This document shows positions 41,643 through 50,700 of a DNA stretch of 64,000 nt, one piece after another (position 1 is the first letter of the stretch; each line of letters begins with the position of its first letter). Source of the DNA: Cyanophyceae cyanobacterium (GTDB lineage Bacteria > Cyanobacteriota > Cyanobacteriia > Cyanobacteriales > Laspinemataceae). The position numbers were made by a program, and so were the translations under genes. The notes beneath the pieces are model-generated. The model had not been told where the DNA came from. It ran no database searches and worked only from the letters and a program-made list of their open reading frames with translations. Location: the NCBI GenBank assembly GCA_038321985.1, contig JBBQFN010000011.1:1-64000 (forward strand). The letters run 5' to 3'.

Positions 41643-41776
41643 GGATTGGGGTAGATGGGTAAAAAATCCTCGTTACAGGGCTGAAGCCGTGACAGGAGAA
41701 GCAGTTCCAGTGCCCTCCACCCCATCTCCCCTCTGTGATCCGTTTCCCCCACCGCCCATCAAACTCTCAACAATCA

Positions 41777-43438
41777 ATGACCATGAATGATGCTTTATTT
41801 CGTGTAGAAAATCTGCGGGTTGCTTATCCTTACGGACGCGGTGGGGGTGGCAGTGAGCCGGTATGGGCGGTGGATGGGGTGTCTTTTACCCTGTCACCGG
41901 GGGAACGGATGGGGCTGGTGGGAGAATCGGGATGCGGTAAATCTACGCTAGGACGCGCGGCGATGCGATTGTTGCCGCCTTCTAGTTTGGTTGAGGGGCA
42001 AGTTTATTTTAAGGGTCAACCCGTATTTGACTTGACGCCACCGGAGTTGCGCCGGTTTCGGGGGGAAGCAGTGGCCCTTATCTTTCAAGACCCGATGACG
42101 AGGCTGGACCCCTTGATGACGATTGGGGATCATTGTATAGAAACCCTGAATGCTCATCAATCCAATTTAAGCCGCAAACAGGCTAAGGAAAAAGCAGTGG
42201 CTACCTTGGAGGCGGTAAGGATTCCGGTGGCGCGATGGTCCCAATATCCCCATGAGTTTAGTGGAGGGATGCGGCAACGGGTGGCGATCGCCCTGGCATT
42301 ATTGCTGGATCCTAAGTTAATTGTTGCCGATGAACCGACAACCAGTTTAGATGTGACGGTTTCGGCAGAAATTTTACACGAACTCACCCGCTTGTGTCGG
42401 GACCGGGATTTGGCCCTGTTGCTGATTTCTCACGATTTGGCAATGGTAGGGGAATATTGCGATCGCATTGCGGTTATGTATAAAGGCGAAATGGTAGAAA
42501 TGGGCAAAACTCAAGAGGTTTTGTTTAATCCTCAACATCCCTATACACAGTCCCTCCTAAAAGCCGCCTTACACATTCAAGCGATCGATTCCGAGGCAGT
42601 CCCCACACCACCGGACCTCCAATCTACCCCTCTGCTCTGTCTGAAGGATTTACAGCAACACTATACCCTAGAAACTAACTTGCTCGATCGCTGGCTGTCG
42701 GGGAAACAAAACCAGACGATTAAAGCTGTTGATGGGGTAAATTTACAGATTTACAAAGGAGAAATTCTCGGTTTAGTGGGAGAATCCGGCTGTGGGAAAA
42801 GCACCCTCTCTCGCACGATTTTACAACTGGTGACACCCACAGGCGGCAAGGTGGAATTTTTAGGTCAGGAACTCACTCAACTGTCCCGCAGGTCCATGCA
42901 GCAGCAACGCAGACAGATCCAGATGGTGTTTCAAGACCCCCATGCTTGTCTCAATCCGATGATGACGGTGGGACAAAGCATTGCTGACCCCCTGTTTATT
43001 CATAATTTAGCCACTCCGGACCAGGCAAAGCAATCTGTGATCCGGATGTTGGAACGGGTGGGTTTAACTCCAGCACCGGACTTTTACGCGCGCTATCCTT
43101 CGGATTTGTCTGGGGGTCAACAGCAACGGGTGGCGATCGCCCGCGCTTTGATTACTCAACCTCAGTTACTGATTTGTGATGAGCCCGTGAGTATGTTAGA
43201 TGCCAGCGTTCAAACCCAGGTTTTGGAGTTGATGTTGGAGTTAAAGCGTGAGTTTGACCTCACCTATTTATTTATTACTCATGATTTGTGGGTTGCACGA
43301 TTTTTCTGCGATCGCATTGCTGTGATGAATTCCGGCCAAATTGTAGAAATCGGCAATACCCGCGACATTTTCACCCATCCTCAGCATCCCTACACCAAAA
43401 CCTTGCTCAGTGCGGCACCCTTGTTAGCCCGAACTTAA
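41777..43438 (+). CDS. Dipeptide/oligopeptide-type ABC ATP-binding protein with duplicated NBD
   Basis: Two GESGCGKST Walker A motifs, SGGMRQR and SGGQQQR signatures, and two HPYT motifs. Confidence 0.92.
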   Translation: MTMNDALFRVENLRVAYPYGRGGGGSEPVWAVDGVSFTLSPGERMGLVGESGCGKSTLGRAAMRLLPPSSLVEGQVYFKGQPVFDLTPPELRRFRGEAVALIFQDPMTRLDPLMTIGDHCIETLNAHQSNLSRKQAKEKAVATLEAVRIPVARWSQYPHEFSGGMRQRVAIALALLLDPKLIVADEPTTSLDVTVSAEILHELTRLCRDRDLALLLISHDLAMVGEYCDRIAVMYKGEMVEMGKTQEVLFNPQHPYTQSLLKAALHIQAIDSEAVPTPPDLQSTPLLCLKDLQQHYTLETNLLDRWLSGKQNQTIKAVDGVNLQIYKGEILGLVGESGCGKSTLSRTILQLVTPTGGKVEFLGQELTQLSRRSMQQQRRQIQMVFQDPHACLNPMMTVGQSIADPLFIHNLATPDQAKQSVIRMLERVGLTPAPDFYARYPSDLSGGQQQRVAIARALITQPQLLICDEPVSMLDASVQTQVLELMLELKREFDLTYLFITHDLWVARFFCDRIAVMNSGQIVEIGNTRDIFTHPQHPYTKTLLSAAPLLART

Positions 43439-43565
43439 GCACAGGGATTTATTGGGGATAAACTCGTCCTCTTCCCGCGATCGGGGGGAGGGCAATTTTT
43501 ATGGCAATTGAAATAAATAAACAAGTATAGGTACTTCCTGCACATCAGAGTTCTATAAAGTTTTA

Positions 43566-43581
43566 TGTAATTTTTGCTACA
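43566..43581. promoter_or_regulatory. NtcA-binding site
   Basis: TGTA-ATTTTTGC-TACA is a perfect GTA-N8-TAC; a -10-like TAGAAT lies at 43605-43610. Confidence 0.6.
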
Positions 43582-43697
43582 ATTTGCGCTTGTTCGTCCA
43601 TAATTAGAATAGACAACCTAAAAATCTTGTTGAATTCGAGGATGGCAAACATCTAATCTGAATTAACAACTGATCGGATGGGAAGCCAGATAAAACC

Positions 43698-43811
43698 ATG
43701 ACTCCTGAAATTATCCACAGCTTATGGATTCTACTGGTCATCACCCTGTTCAGTGCCATTTACTGTCCTTTACTCTGTTGGATTTTACCGGACAGAAGCA
43801 GCATCGTCTAG
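43698..43811 (+). CDS. Putative 37-aa single-pass membrane protein MTPEIIHSLWILLVITLFSAIYCPLLCWILPDRSSIV
   Basis: Read by hand. Has a hydrophobic core, an upstream NtcA box and a downstream terminator. Not in the ORF track. Confidence 0.5.
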   Translation: MTPEIIHSLWILLVITLFSAIYCPLLCWILPDRSSIV

Positions 43812-43829
43812 AGAAAACCCCAGGCAAAT

Positions 43830-43863
43830 AAAATCTCCCACGGCAAGAACCCGTGGGATTTTT
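43830..43863. terminator. Bidirectional intrinsic terminator
   Basis: AAAATC-TCCCACGG-loop-CCGTGGGA-TTTTT. Confidence 0.7.
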
Positions 43864-43877
43864 AATCGGTAAGTAAC

Positions 43878-44669
43878 CTACCCCTTTTTTGTTGCCATAG
43901 CTCGGATTCGTTTATAGTCAGCAACCCAAATTCCATCTCGATACAATTGCGACGAAACCCGATTTTCGATATCGGCGAGGATGGCTTCTTGTGCTTCATT
44001 CGGAATGTCGGCAAATAAGCCATTTCCAAACATAGCAATCCAGTTTCTTAATCCCTTGTCCCCCTCTTCTAAGGGAGTAGGACGGTCAAACAACTGGGCA
44101 AAATTGACTTCAAATCCTCTATTTTCTAAAATCGTGGCATATTCACCGATACTGGGAAAATACCACGGATTAAGAGTAAAATCAACAGGATAACCCGCCG
44201 ATTCAAGACCTTGATAGCAGGCTGTAATAATTTGCTGAACATTTCCCTTGCCGCCAAATTCCGCAATAAATAATCCACCGGGTTTGAGTGCTTTAAAAAT
44301 TCCATCTACAACTTTTTCGGCTGCTTTCATCCAGTGGAGTGCTGCGTTGGAAAAGACTTTATCAAATTGTTCAAAAAATTCTAAAGATTCTCCATCTACA
44401 ACCTCAAACGTTAGGTGGGGGTAGGACTGACGAGCTTGAGCAATCATCGAGACTGAGCGATCAACACCGACTACTTGCGCACCGGCAGAGGCAATTTGTT
44501 GGGCGAGGTAACCCGTACCACAGCCTAAATCTAGGATGCAGTCGCCGATTTTGGGTTGCAATAGTTTTAATAAATCCGTACCATATTGACTGACAAATCC
44601 ATGTTGGCGATCGTACAGTTCAGCATTCCACTCGGTTCGGTCTAATTGAGAGTCTTTCAAGTGCATCAA
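43878..44669 (-). CDS. Class I SAM-dependent methyltransferase (Tam-like)
   Basis: ILDLGCGTG, FDKVFSNAALHW and LKPGG motifs. Confidence 0.9.
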   Translation of the reverse strand: MMHLKDSQLDRTEWNAELYDRQHGFVSQYGTDLLKLLQPKIGDCILDLGCGTGYLAQQIASAGAQVVGVDRSVSMIAQARQSYPHLTFEVVDGESLEFFEQFDKVFSNAALHWMKAAEKVVDGIFKALKPGGLFIAEFGGKGNVQQIITACYQGLESAGYPVDFTLNPWYFPSIGEYATILENRGFEVNFAQLFDRPTPLEEGDKGLRNWIAMFGNGLFADIPNEAQEAILADIENRVSSQLYRDGIWVADYKRIRAMATKKG

Positions 44670-45059
44670 GTTTCACCTTCCTCTGAACTTAAGATAACGT
44701 TTTGTTTAAATATTATAGTTCCCTTGCCAAAATTGTAGAGGATGGCGGTAGGGGGGAGGGGTTTAAATTCTACAGACTTAGAGTGATGCGATCCAATCTG
44801 GTTTGAGAGTCGAGTCCTGTTGGGGTTTCAAAAGTCCAACCCAACAGGAACAGAATTTGCACGCAAGCAACCAAGGCGGAAGGAAAGGCAGATGAACGGA
44901 GGTTTGGCGGTGGGATTGGCGATCGCCTTGACGAAGCCAGCAGGGGAAACAACCCAGATTCTCATGCTGCCATCAAGGGATGCACTCAGAGTCGTAGAAG
45001 GTAAGCGATCGCGAGTTATTGTGGAAATCAAACGTTTTCCAGTTAAGTGACTGATAAAT

Positions 45060-45275
45060 TTACCACTGAGTAGATCGTTCACGGAAGCTTTCCAACGACG
45101 AGAGGCGATCGGGAAGATCCCGCAGCATTATCTCCATTTCCATTTCTTCTTTTTCCCAACCATTACGACGACAGCTGTCGCTATGAGAATCAGTTCGGTA
45201 AGCACGGGATGGGGTTGCCGACCCTTCCAGGGAGGTTGATTGATGGCGTTTGGCTTCAGACGTGGGGCCTAGCAT
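45060..45275 (-). CDS. Hypothetical 71-aa protein
   Basis: ATG preceded by a GAGGA RBS; no family recognised. Confidence 0.4.
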   Translation of the reverse strand: MLGPTSEAKRHQSTSLEGSATPSRAYRTDSHSDSCRRNGWEKEEMEMEIMLRDLPDRLSSLESFRERSTQW

Positions 45276-45823
45276 AGCTTTATCCTCAATTATGGTTTAG
45301 GGTATTGTGGTTAATCCTACTGGATTATGTCGTTCCTATTATTAGTTTTCCCGCTCTTCATATTAAATCAGCATTTTTTAAAAAATGATTAATTACCTCC
45401 AGGGATCAAACTAAAATTTATCTTGAGATAGTTGACAAAGGGGAATCTTTACCCTTACTAAACTTCAGAAATTTGATAATATAACCAAAAGAATGCCTGA
45501 TATTATTGCCGATCGCAAGGGTTATTTTAAGACGGGAGTCCATGCTCAAACCGATTGAGGATTCCTTGTAACTGTCACGGAAACTTCATCCGGATTTCAT
45601 ACGGACGCCATAGGGTCTGGATATATTAATCAATAGCTGGATGCAAGCAATGCCACTGCCTCAGAGGAGTCAAACCCTCTGATGCCCTCGGTGCATTTAG
45701 CCCGGTTTGGTTCTTATGTCAGTTTCAGGACACTTTACCTCATTCCTTGCATTAATCCAAAGATCGCTGGGTCAATGTAGGGAGGGGTTGAATCAAGTAC
45801 ACTCATGCCCTCATGTCACATTT

Positions 45824-45855
45824 AAAAACCCTCCAGGTCCACTGGGGGTTTTTTT
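45824..45855. terminator. Bidirectional intrinsic terminator downstream of moeB
   Basis: AAAAACCCTCCAG-loop-CTGGGGGTTTTTTT. Confidence 0.7.
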
Positions 45856-45940
45856 GTGGGTGCGATCGCCCTTTAAAAAATAGCAGAGGCGATCGCCCCG
45901 GGTCAAAAAGCTAGTATTCTAGCTGGAATGTTTGAATCCC

Positions 45941-47113
45941 TTAATACTGGGGCACGGACGGATCCACCTCTTGGCTCCAGGCGGCAATCCCCCCTTTGAG
46001 GTTTGTCCCTTCAATCCCCGCTTCTTTCAAAATTCCCAGGGCTTTAGCCGATCGCCCACCCATCTTGCAGTGTGCGATCAAGCGATGACCATTCACCAGT
46101 TCTTTCACCTGATCTATCCCCTTACCTTGTTCAATATCGGGTAAAGGGACCAGCACTGAACCGGGAATTTTAGCAATTTCATACTCGTTCGGGTTACGAA
46201 CATCGATCACCACAAAATCTTGGGCACCACTATCAATTAATTGCTTGAGTTCCGTGGCGGTCATTTCTGGAATTTCCATTTGTTGTTGAGCCTCCGCTGC
46301 TTTTGCTTGAGGAATTCCGCAAAACTGTTCGTAATCAATCAGTTTTTCAATCAAGGGCCGGACTGGATTGGGCCGCAATTTCAACTCTCGGAATTTCATA
46401 TCTAAAGCATTATAAAGCAACAGCCGACCGCTGAGAGTGGTTCCGGCACCCGTGATAATTTTCACGGTTTCTGTTGCTTGAATCACCCCAATGATTCCTG
46501 GCAAAATGCCTAATACGCCGCCTTCGGCACAGGAGGGGACCATTCCTGGCGGTGGCGGTTCCGGATACAAATCACGGTAGTTGGGACCGCCTTGATAATT
46601 AAACACCGTTGCCTGTCCTTCAAAGCGGTAGATGGAACCATAAACGTTAGGTTTATCCAGTAATACGCAGGCATCGTTAACTAAATATCGAGTCGGAAAG
46701 TTATCGGTACCATCTACGACAATATCGTAAGGTTTGAGGATATCGAGGGCATTTTCTGAACTTAAGCGGGTGTTGTAGAGGTCAACTTGGCAAAAGGGAT
46801 TAATTTCTAGGATGCGGTTTTTAGCGGATTCAATTTTGGGTTTGTTGACCCAGGAGGTGCCGTGAATGACTTGTCGTTGCAGGTTGGAGGTATCCACAAC
46901 ATCGAAATCGACGATGCCAATCCGTCCTACACCGGCGGCGGCTAAATAGAGCAGCAATGGTGCGCCGAGACCGCCTGTTCCGATACACAGAACGCTGGCG
47001 GCCTTCAGGCGCTTTTGTCCTTCTACACCAATTTCGGGTAAGATGAGATGACGGGAATAGCGTTCGTAATCGTCGGAATTTAACTGGATTTCGTCCAGGT
47101 TGGGATTTAACAT
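45941..47113 (-). CDS. moeB: E1-like adenylyltransferase/sulfurtransferase (ThiF/MoeB plus rhodanese, MoeZ-type)
   Basis: RYSRH, GTGGLG, SNLQRQ, SCAEGGVLG; C-terminal rhodanese DVR..EY and HCKMGGRS. Confidence 0.93.
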   Translation of the reverse strand: MLNPNLDEIQLNSDDYERYSRHLILPEIGVEGQKRLKAASVLCIGTGGLGAPLLLYLAAAGVGRIGIVDFDVVDTSNLQRQVIHGTSWVNKPKIESAKNRILEINPFCQVDLYNTRLSSENALDILKPYDIVVDGTDNFPTRYLVNDACVLLDKPNVYGSIYRFEGQATVFNYQGGPNYRDLYPEPPPPGMVPSCAEGGVLGILPGIIGVIQATETVKIITGAGTTLSGRLLLYNALDMKFRELKLRPNPVRPLIEKLIDYEQFCGIPQAKAAEAQQQMEIPEMTATELKQLIDSGAQDFVVIDVRNPNEYEIAKIPGSVLVPLPDIEQGKGIDQVKELVNGHRLIAHCKMGGRSAKALGILKEAGIEGTNLKGGIAAWSQEVDPSVPQY

Positions 47114-47228
47114 GGGAGTCTAGTTAGGGCAGGGCAAACTCTTATTTTATCGAAAGTTGTGGGTATTTTTTGGGTTGGAGCGATCGCCGCAAAGTTTCTT
47201 AATGACGATCCGGGAATGCTGGAGTCTG

Positions 47229-47699
47229 CTACTCCGGTGTAACGGGTGAGATGAGGAGCGCTTCGGGTTGGAAGTGATGGGTTTCGTCTAAGGTCCAGTT
47301 GCTCAGTTGAGTGGCTTGGCCTTGTTCTACACAGACAATGATGTAAGAGTATTGCGACCAGGCATATTCGCGATCGCACTCGGAAGGAATGGCGGGAGAG
47401 TCAGGATGGGAGTGATAAATTCCGATAATACTAAGCTGGCGATCGCGTGCTTGTTTCTGTGCTCGCAGTAGTTCTTTTGGATGTATAACATATCTGCGTT
47501 CTTTTGTCAAGGTTGGCAGTGCAGATAATTCCCCGACGGTTTCTGGACTCCAGGCATTTTCGGTTTCCCAGACTTCCATTACAGTTTTTCCCATCGGGGT
47601 AATCTCACCCAATAGCAAACCACAGCACTCATCCGGATAGGTGCGTTTAGCATGGGCGCGAATTGTGGCTTCATGAGTGGCAGTTAATGTGAGAACCAT
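47229..47699 (-). CDS. JAB/Mov34 (M67) metallopeptidase, Mec-like
   Basis: YPDECCGLL and the JAMM motif YHSHPDSPAIPSECD. Confidence 0.9.
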   Translation of the reverse strand: MVLTLTATHEATIRAHAKRTYPDECCGLLLGEITPMGKTVMEVWETENAWSPETVGELSALPTLTKERRYVIHPKELLRAQKQARDRQLSIIGIYHSHPDSPAIPSECDREYAWSQYSYIIVCVEQGQATQLSNWTLDETHHFQPEALLISPVTPE

Positions 47700-47745
47700 C
47701 CCTTAATCCCCAAGTTGCGATCGACTCAGCCCCTCTATTCTACCC

Positions 47746-50700
47746 TTACCAAGGACTGCCAATCATTGTAAAGCCAGCCCAATAATAAGGGTGAGATAAA
47801 TCGGTATTCTCAGCACCCACTAAATCAGAGGGAAGTTGTACACCCCGCAAAGATCCGGTGCCACGCAGTTCTCCCTCAGCAATTTTCACTTCTCCACGGA
47901 GTAGGGACAATTGCGCGTCTTGCAACGCTTGAGCTTTGATGGGTACTTCTCCTAACTGCTGATAAAACTCGGTCATCAGTGCCAAAGTTCCCTCATCGCT
48001 GACATACCATAAAGACGCCAAGGCGGATTTAACTCCAGCGGCAAGTGCTAACCCGGCAAATCCTAATTCGGCAGTTTCATCGCCGACGGCAGTCTGACAG
48101 GCACTTAGTACCAATAACTCTACCTGGGGATTGTTCCATCCCAGGGTCCGCAATTCATCCAGATGCAATTGTTCGTTCCACAGTTGGATAAACGAATTCT
48201 TTTGTTCACCGGCATTAAATTGGGCGTGAGTTGCCAAATGGATGATTTGGTAGGGATATTCTTGGCGTTTGGCGATTAAATTTGTGCGAGTAAAGGATTC
48301 ATTGAGGAATGCCTGACCCTGCCATAGTTGTTCGGCGATGGTAGAGAGTTCTAAGGGTACGGCAGGTAAGGGACTCAGTTGGGTAAACTGACTCGCACCC
48401 ATTGCCAAAACGCGACTGTTGCGAAGGGAAATATAACGCATATCGGTTAAGCTGATACTGGGAATCAGCGCGATCGCGTATTTTTCGATCAGAAATTGTT
48501 CCCCATCATGTAAAGCAGCAATGGGAAGACCCCGCAATCCAGCATCCATACTAAAGAGTAAGGTATCAATGTTCTGGGCCGCTAATTCCTCCTGAATAGG
48601 GCTAATTAGCCATTGATACAGAGTTTGGGCGATTTCTAAATAGCGTTTGCTACTGCGCATCCGGGGATTTGCGATTTGCTGGCGTAATTCCAGCGCAGCT
48701 TGCATAACTGCTTCCCGATTTGCTTGCGGAATCGTCTTCCGAATGGGTTTCCCCTCGGTAGTGACTAGGACAAGTTCTAATTGATCGGGCAGCAACAAAG
48801 TATAGATAATTGCTGGTTTGGTGTCGGTTTGTTGGGTAATATTTTCCAATGTATCCCGAATGCTTTCCGTGGATTGGACAGGTTGTTGAGAGAGATCTGT
48901 CCCTAAGTAATTGGCAAATTGCTGGTCCTGAAGACGATCAATTTGTAATACAGCACTGTTAACATTTCCCGCCTCTAGGGACTGGGTAATGTTGGCGACA
49001 TTCATGGGGATAGGTGGACTCGGAACCTGTGCCTGTGGCAGACTGCCTCCGGGGGAAGGGGTATTCCCGCCCCGAAGTTGTGAGGGAGGAGTGTTGGGTG
49101 CGGGTTGCGGCGCGATCGCCCCCAGACTGCTGGAATTTGGGCCACCAGGGGCCAAAGCGATCGCCGGTTGTACCCCAGTTCCAGGCACGGGAGGGACTGG
49201 TTCTATGGTCAAAATTGGGGCTGGGGGAACGATACCCGCACCACTGGGACTGGCGATCGCCTGGTTTGGGTTGTTGAGGGGATTGAGGTTGGAATTAGGT
49301 TGTGATTGTCCCGGTTGCTGCTGTTGGGGGGGTGTTGGTACTTGATTCGGGAACAGTCCTTGAATGCCTCTTGGTGGTGGTGGTGGGGTTTGAGTTCCTC
49401 CTGGTGGTGGTGGTGGTGGTGGGGTTTGAGTTCCTCCTGGTGGTGGTGGTGGTGGAGGGGTTTGAGTTCCTCCTGGTGGTGGTGGTGGTGGAGGGGTTTG
49501 AGTTCCTCCCGGTGGTGGTGGTGGTGGAGATTGAGTTCCTCCTGGTGGTGGTGGTGGTGGAGATTGAGTTCCTCCTGGTGGTGGTGGTGGTGGAGGGGTT
49601 TGAGTTCCTCCCGGTGGTGGTGGAGGAGGGGTTTGAGTTCCTCCCGGGGGTGGTGGTGGAGATTGAGTTCCTCCCGGGGGTGGTGGTGGTGATTGAGTTC
49701 CTCCCGGTGGTGGTGGAGATTGAGTTCCTCCTGGTGGAGGAGGAGATTGAGTTCCTCCCGGGGGTGGTGGTGGAGATTGATTTCCTCCCGGGGGTGGTGG
49801 AGATTGAGTTCCTCCCGGTGGTGGTGGTGGTGGGGTTTGAGTTCCTCCCGGGGGTGGTGGTGGAGATTGATTTCCTCCTGGTGGTGGAGGAGATTGAGTT
49901 CCTCCTGGTGATGGAGGAGATTGAGTTCCTCCTGGTGGTGGAGTTTGTGTAGGTGCGGGTTGTGTAGGTGCGGGTTGTGTGGGTGACGGTTGTGAGGAAT
50001 TGGAGACGATCGCAATGTTGCCTTGAGTGCGATCGCTGGATAAGAGGATATTGTTTATCCCATCAGTTCGGGTAAAAATGCCACCTACAGTGCCATTGGT
50101 TCTGGCATCTCCGACAATAAAGGGCGTTTCGCTATCCCCGCCATGCCGAATAACGATCTCCTCGTTACCATTCACATCTGCCGTATAAAGACTGGTGGGA
50201 ATATCCAGGCGATCGCCCAAAGTTCCGGTTGCGCGAAAAAATTCCCCCGCATTGATTTCTATCCTGCCACCTTTACCGTTAGTACCGCCAGAGGCATCAA
50301 TAGAAATTACTTCAATATCCTCAGAAGAGGTGAGGAGGACATTTCCTCCCTTGGAGGCGATCGCACCGCTTTGGATCCCGCTACCTCCGGGGTTTGTTCC
50401 GGTATTTGAGGTTAAGGTAATATTGCCACCGCTGGAAGAGAGGATAGCACTACTATCAATAAAGAGTCCGCCGGTCCCTGATTGGTTCGCTGTGAGAGTT
50501 ATATCTCCTTGGTTGGTCTGAATATTACCATAGACAGCAATCCAATTTCCCGCTTCCGCATTGAATCCGACGCCTGGGGTTTGAATGGCGATCGGGGTAC
50601 TAATGGTAATGTCATTGGTGGCTTGTAGGGTAACATTTGTCGTGGCATTATTAATCACTTCTACAGCGATCTGCGTGGGTTCTCCCAAATCTGGATCGGC

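Noticed and set aside
49372..49993. Possible CRISPR array
   Set aside because: There are no unique spacers; the units are contiguous in-frame coding repeats, and no cas genes are present.
49209..50015. Poly-His (268 aa), poly-Val and poly-Trp ORFs overlapping the repeat
   Set aside because: These are alternative-frame shadows of the stop-poor (CCA)n repeat inside the TPS-CHAT gene, with no independent evidence of expression.
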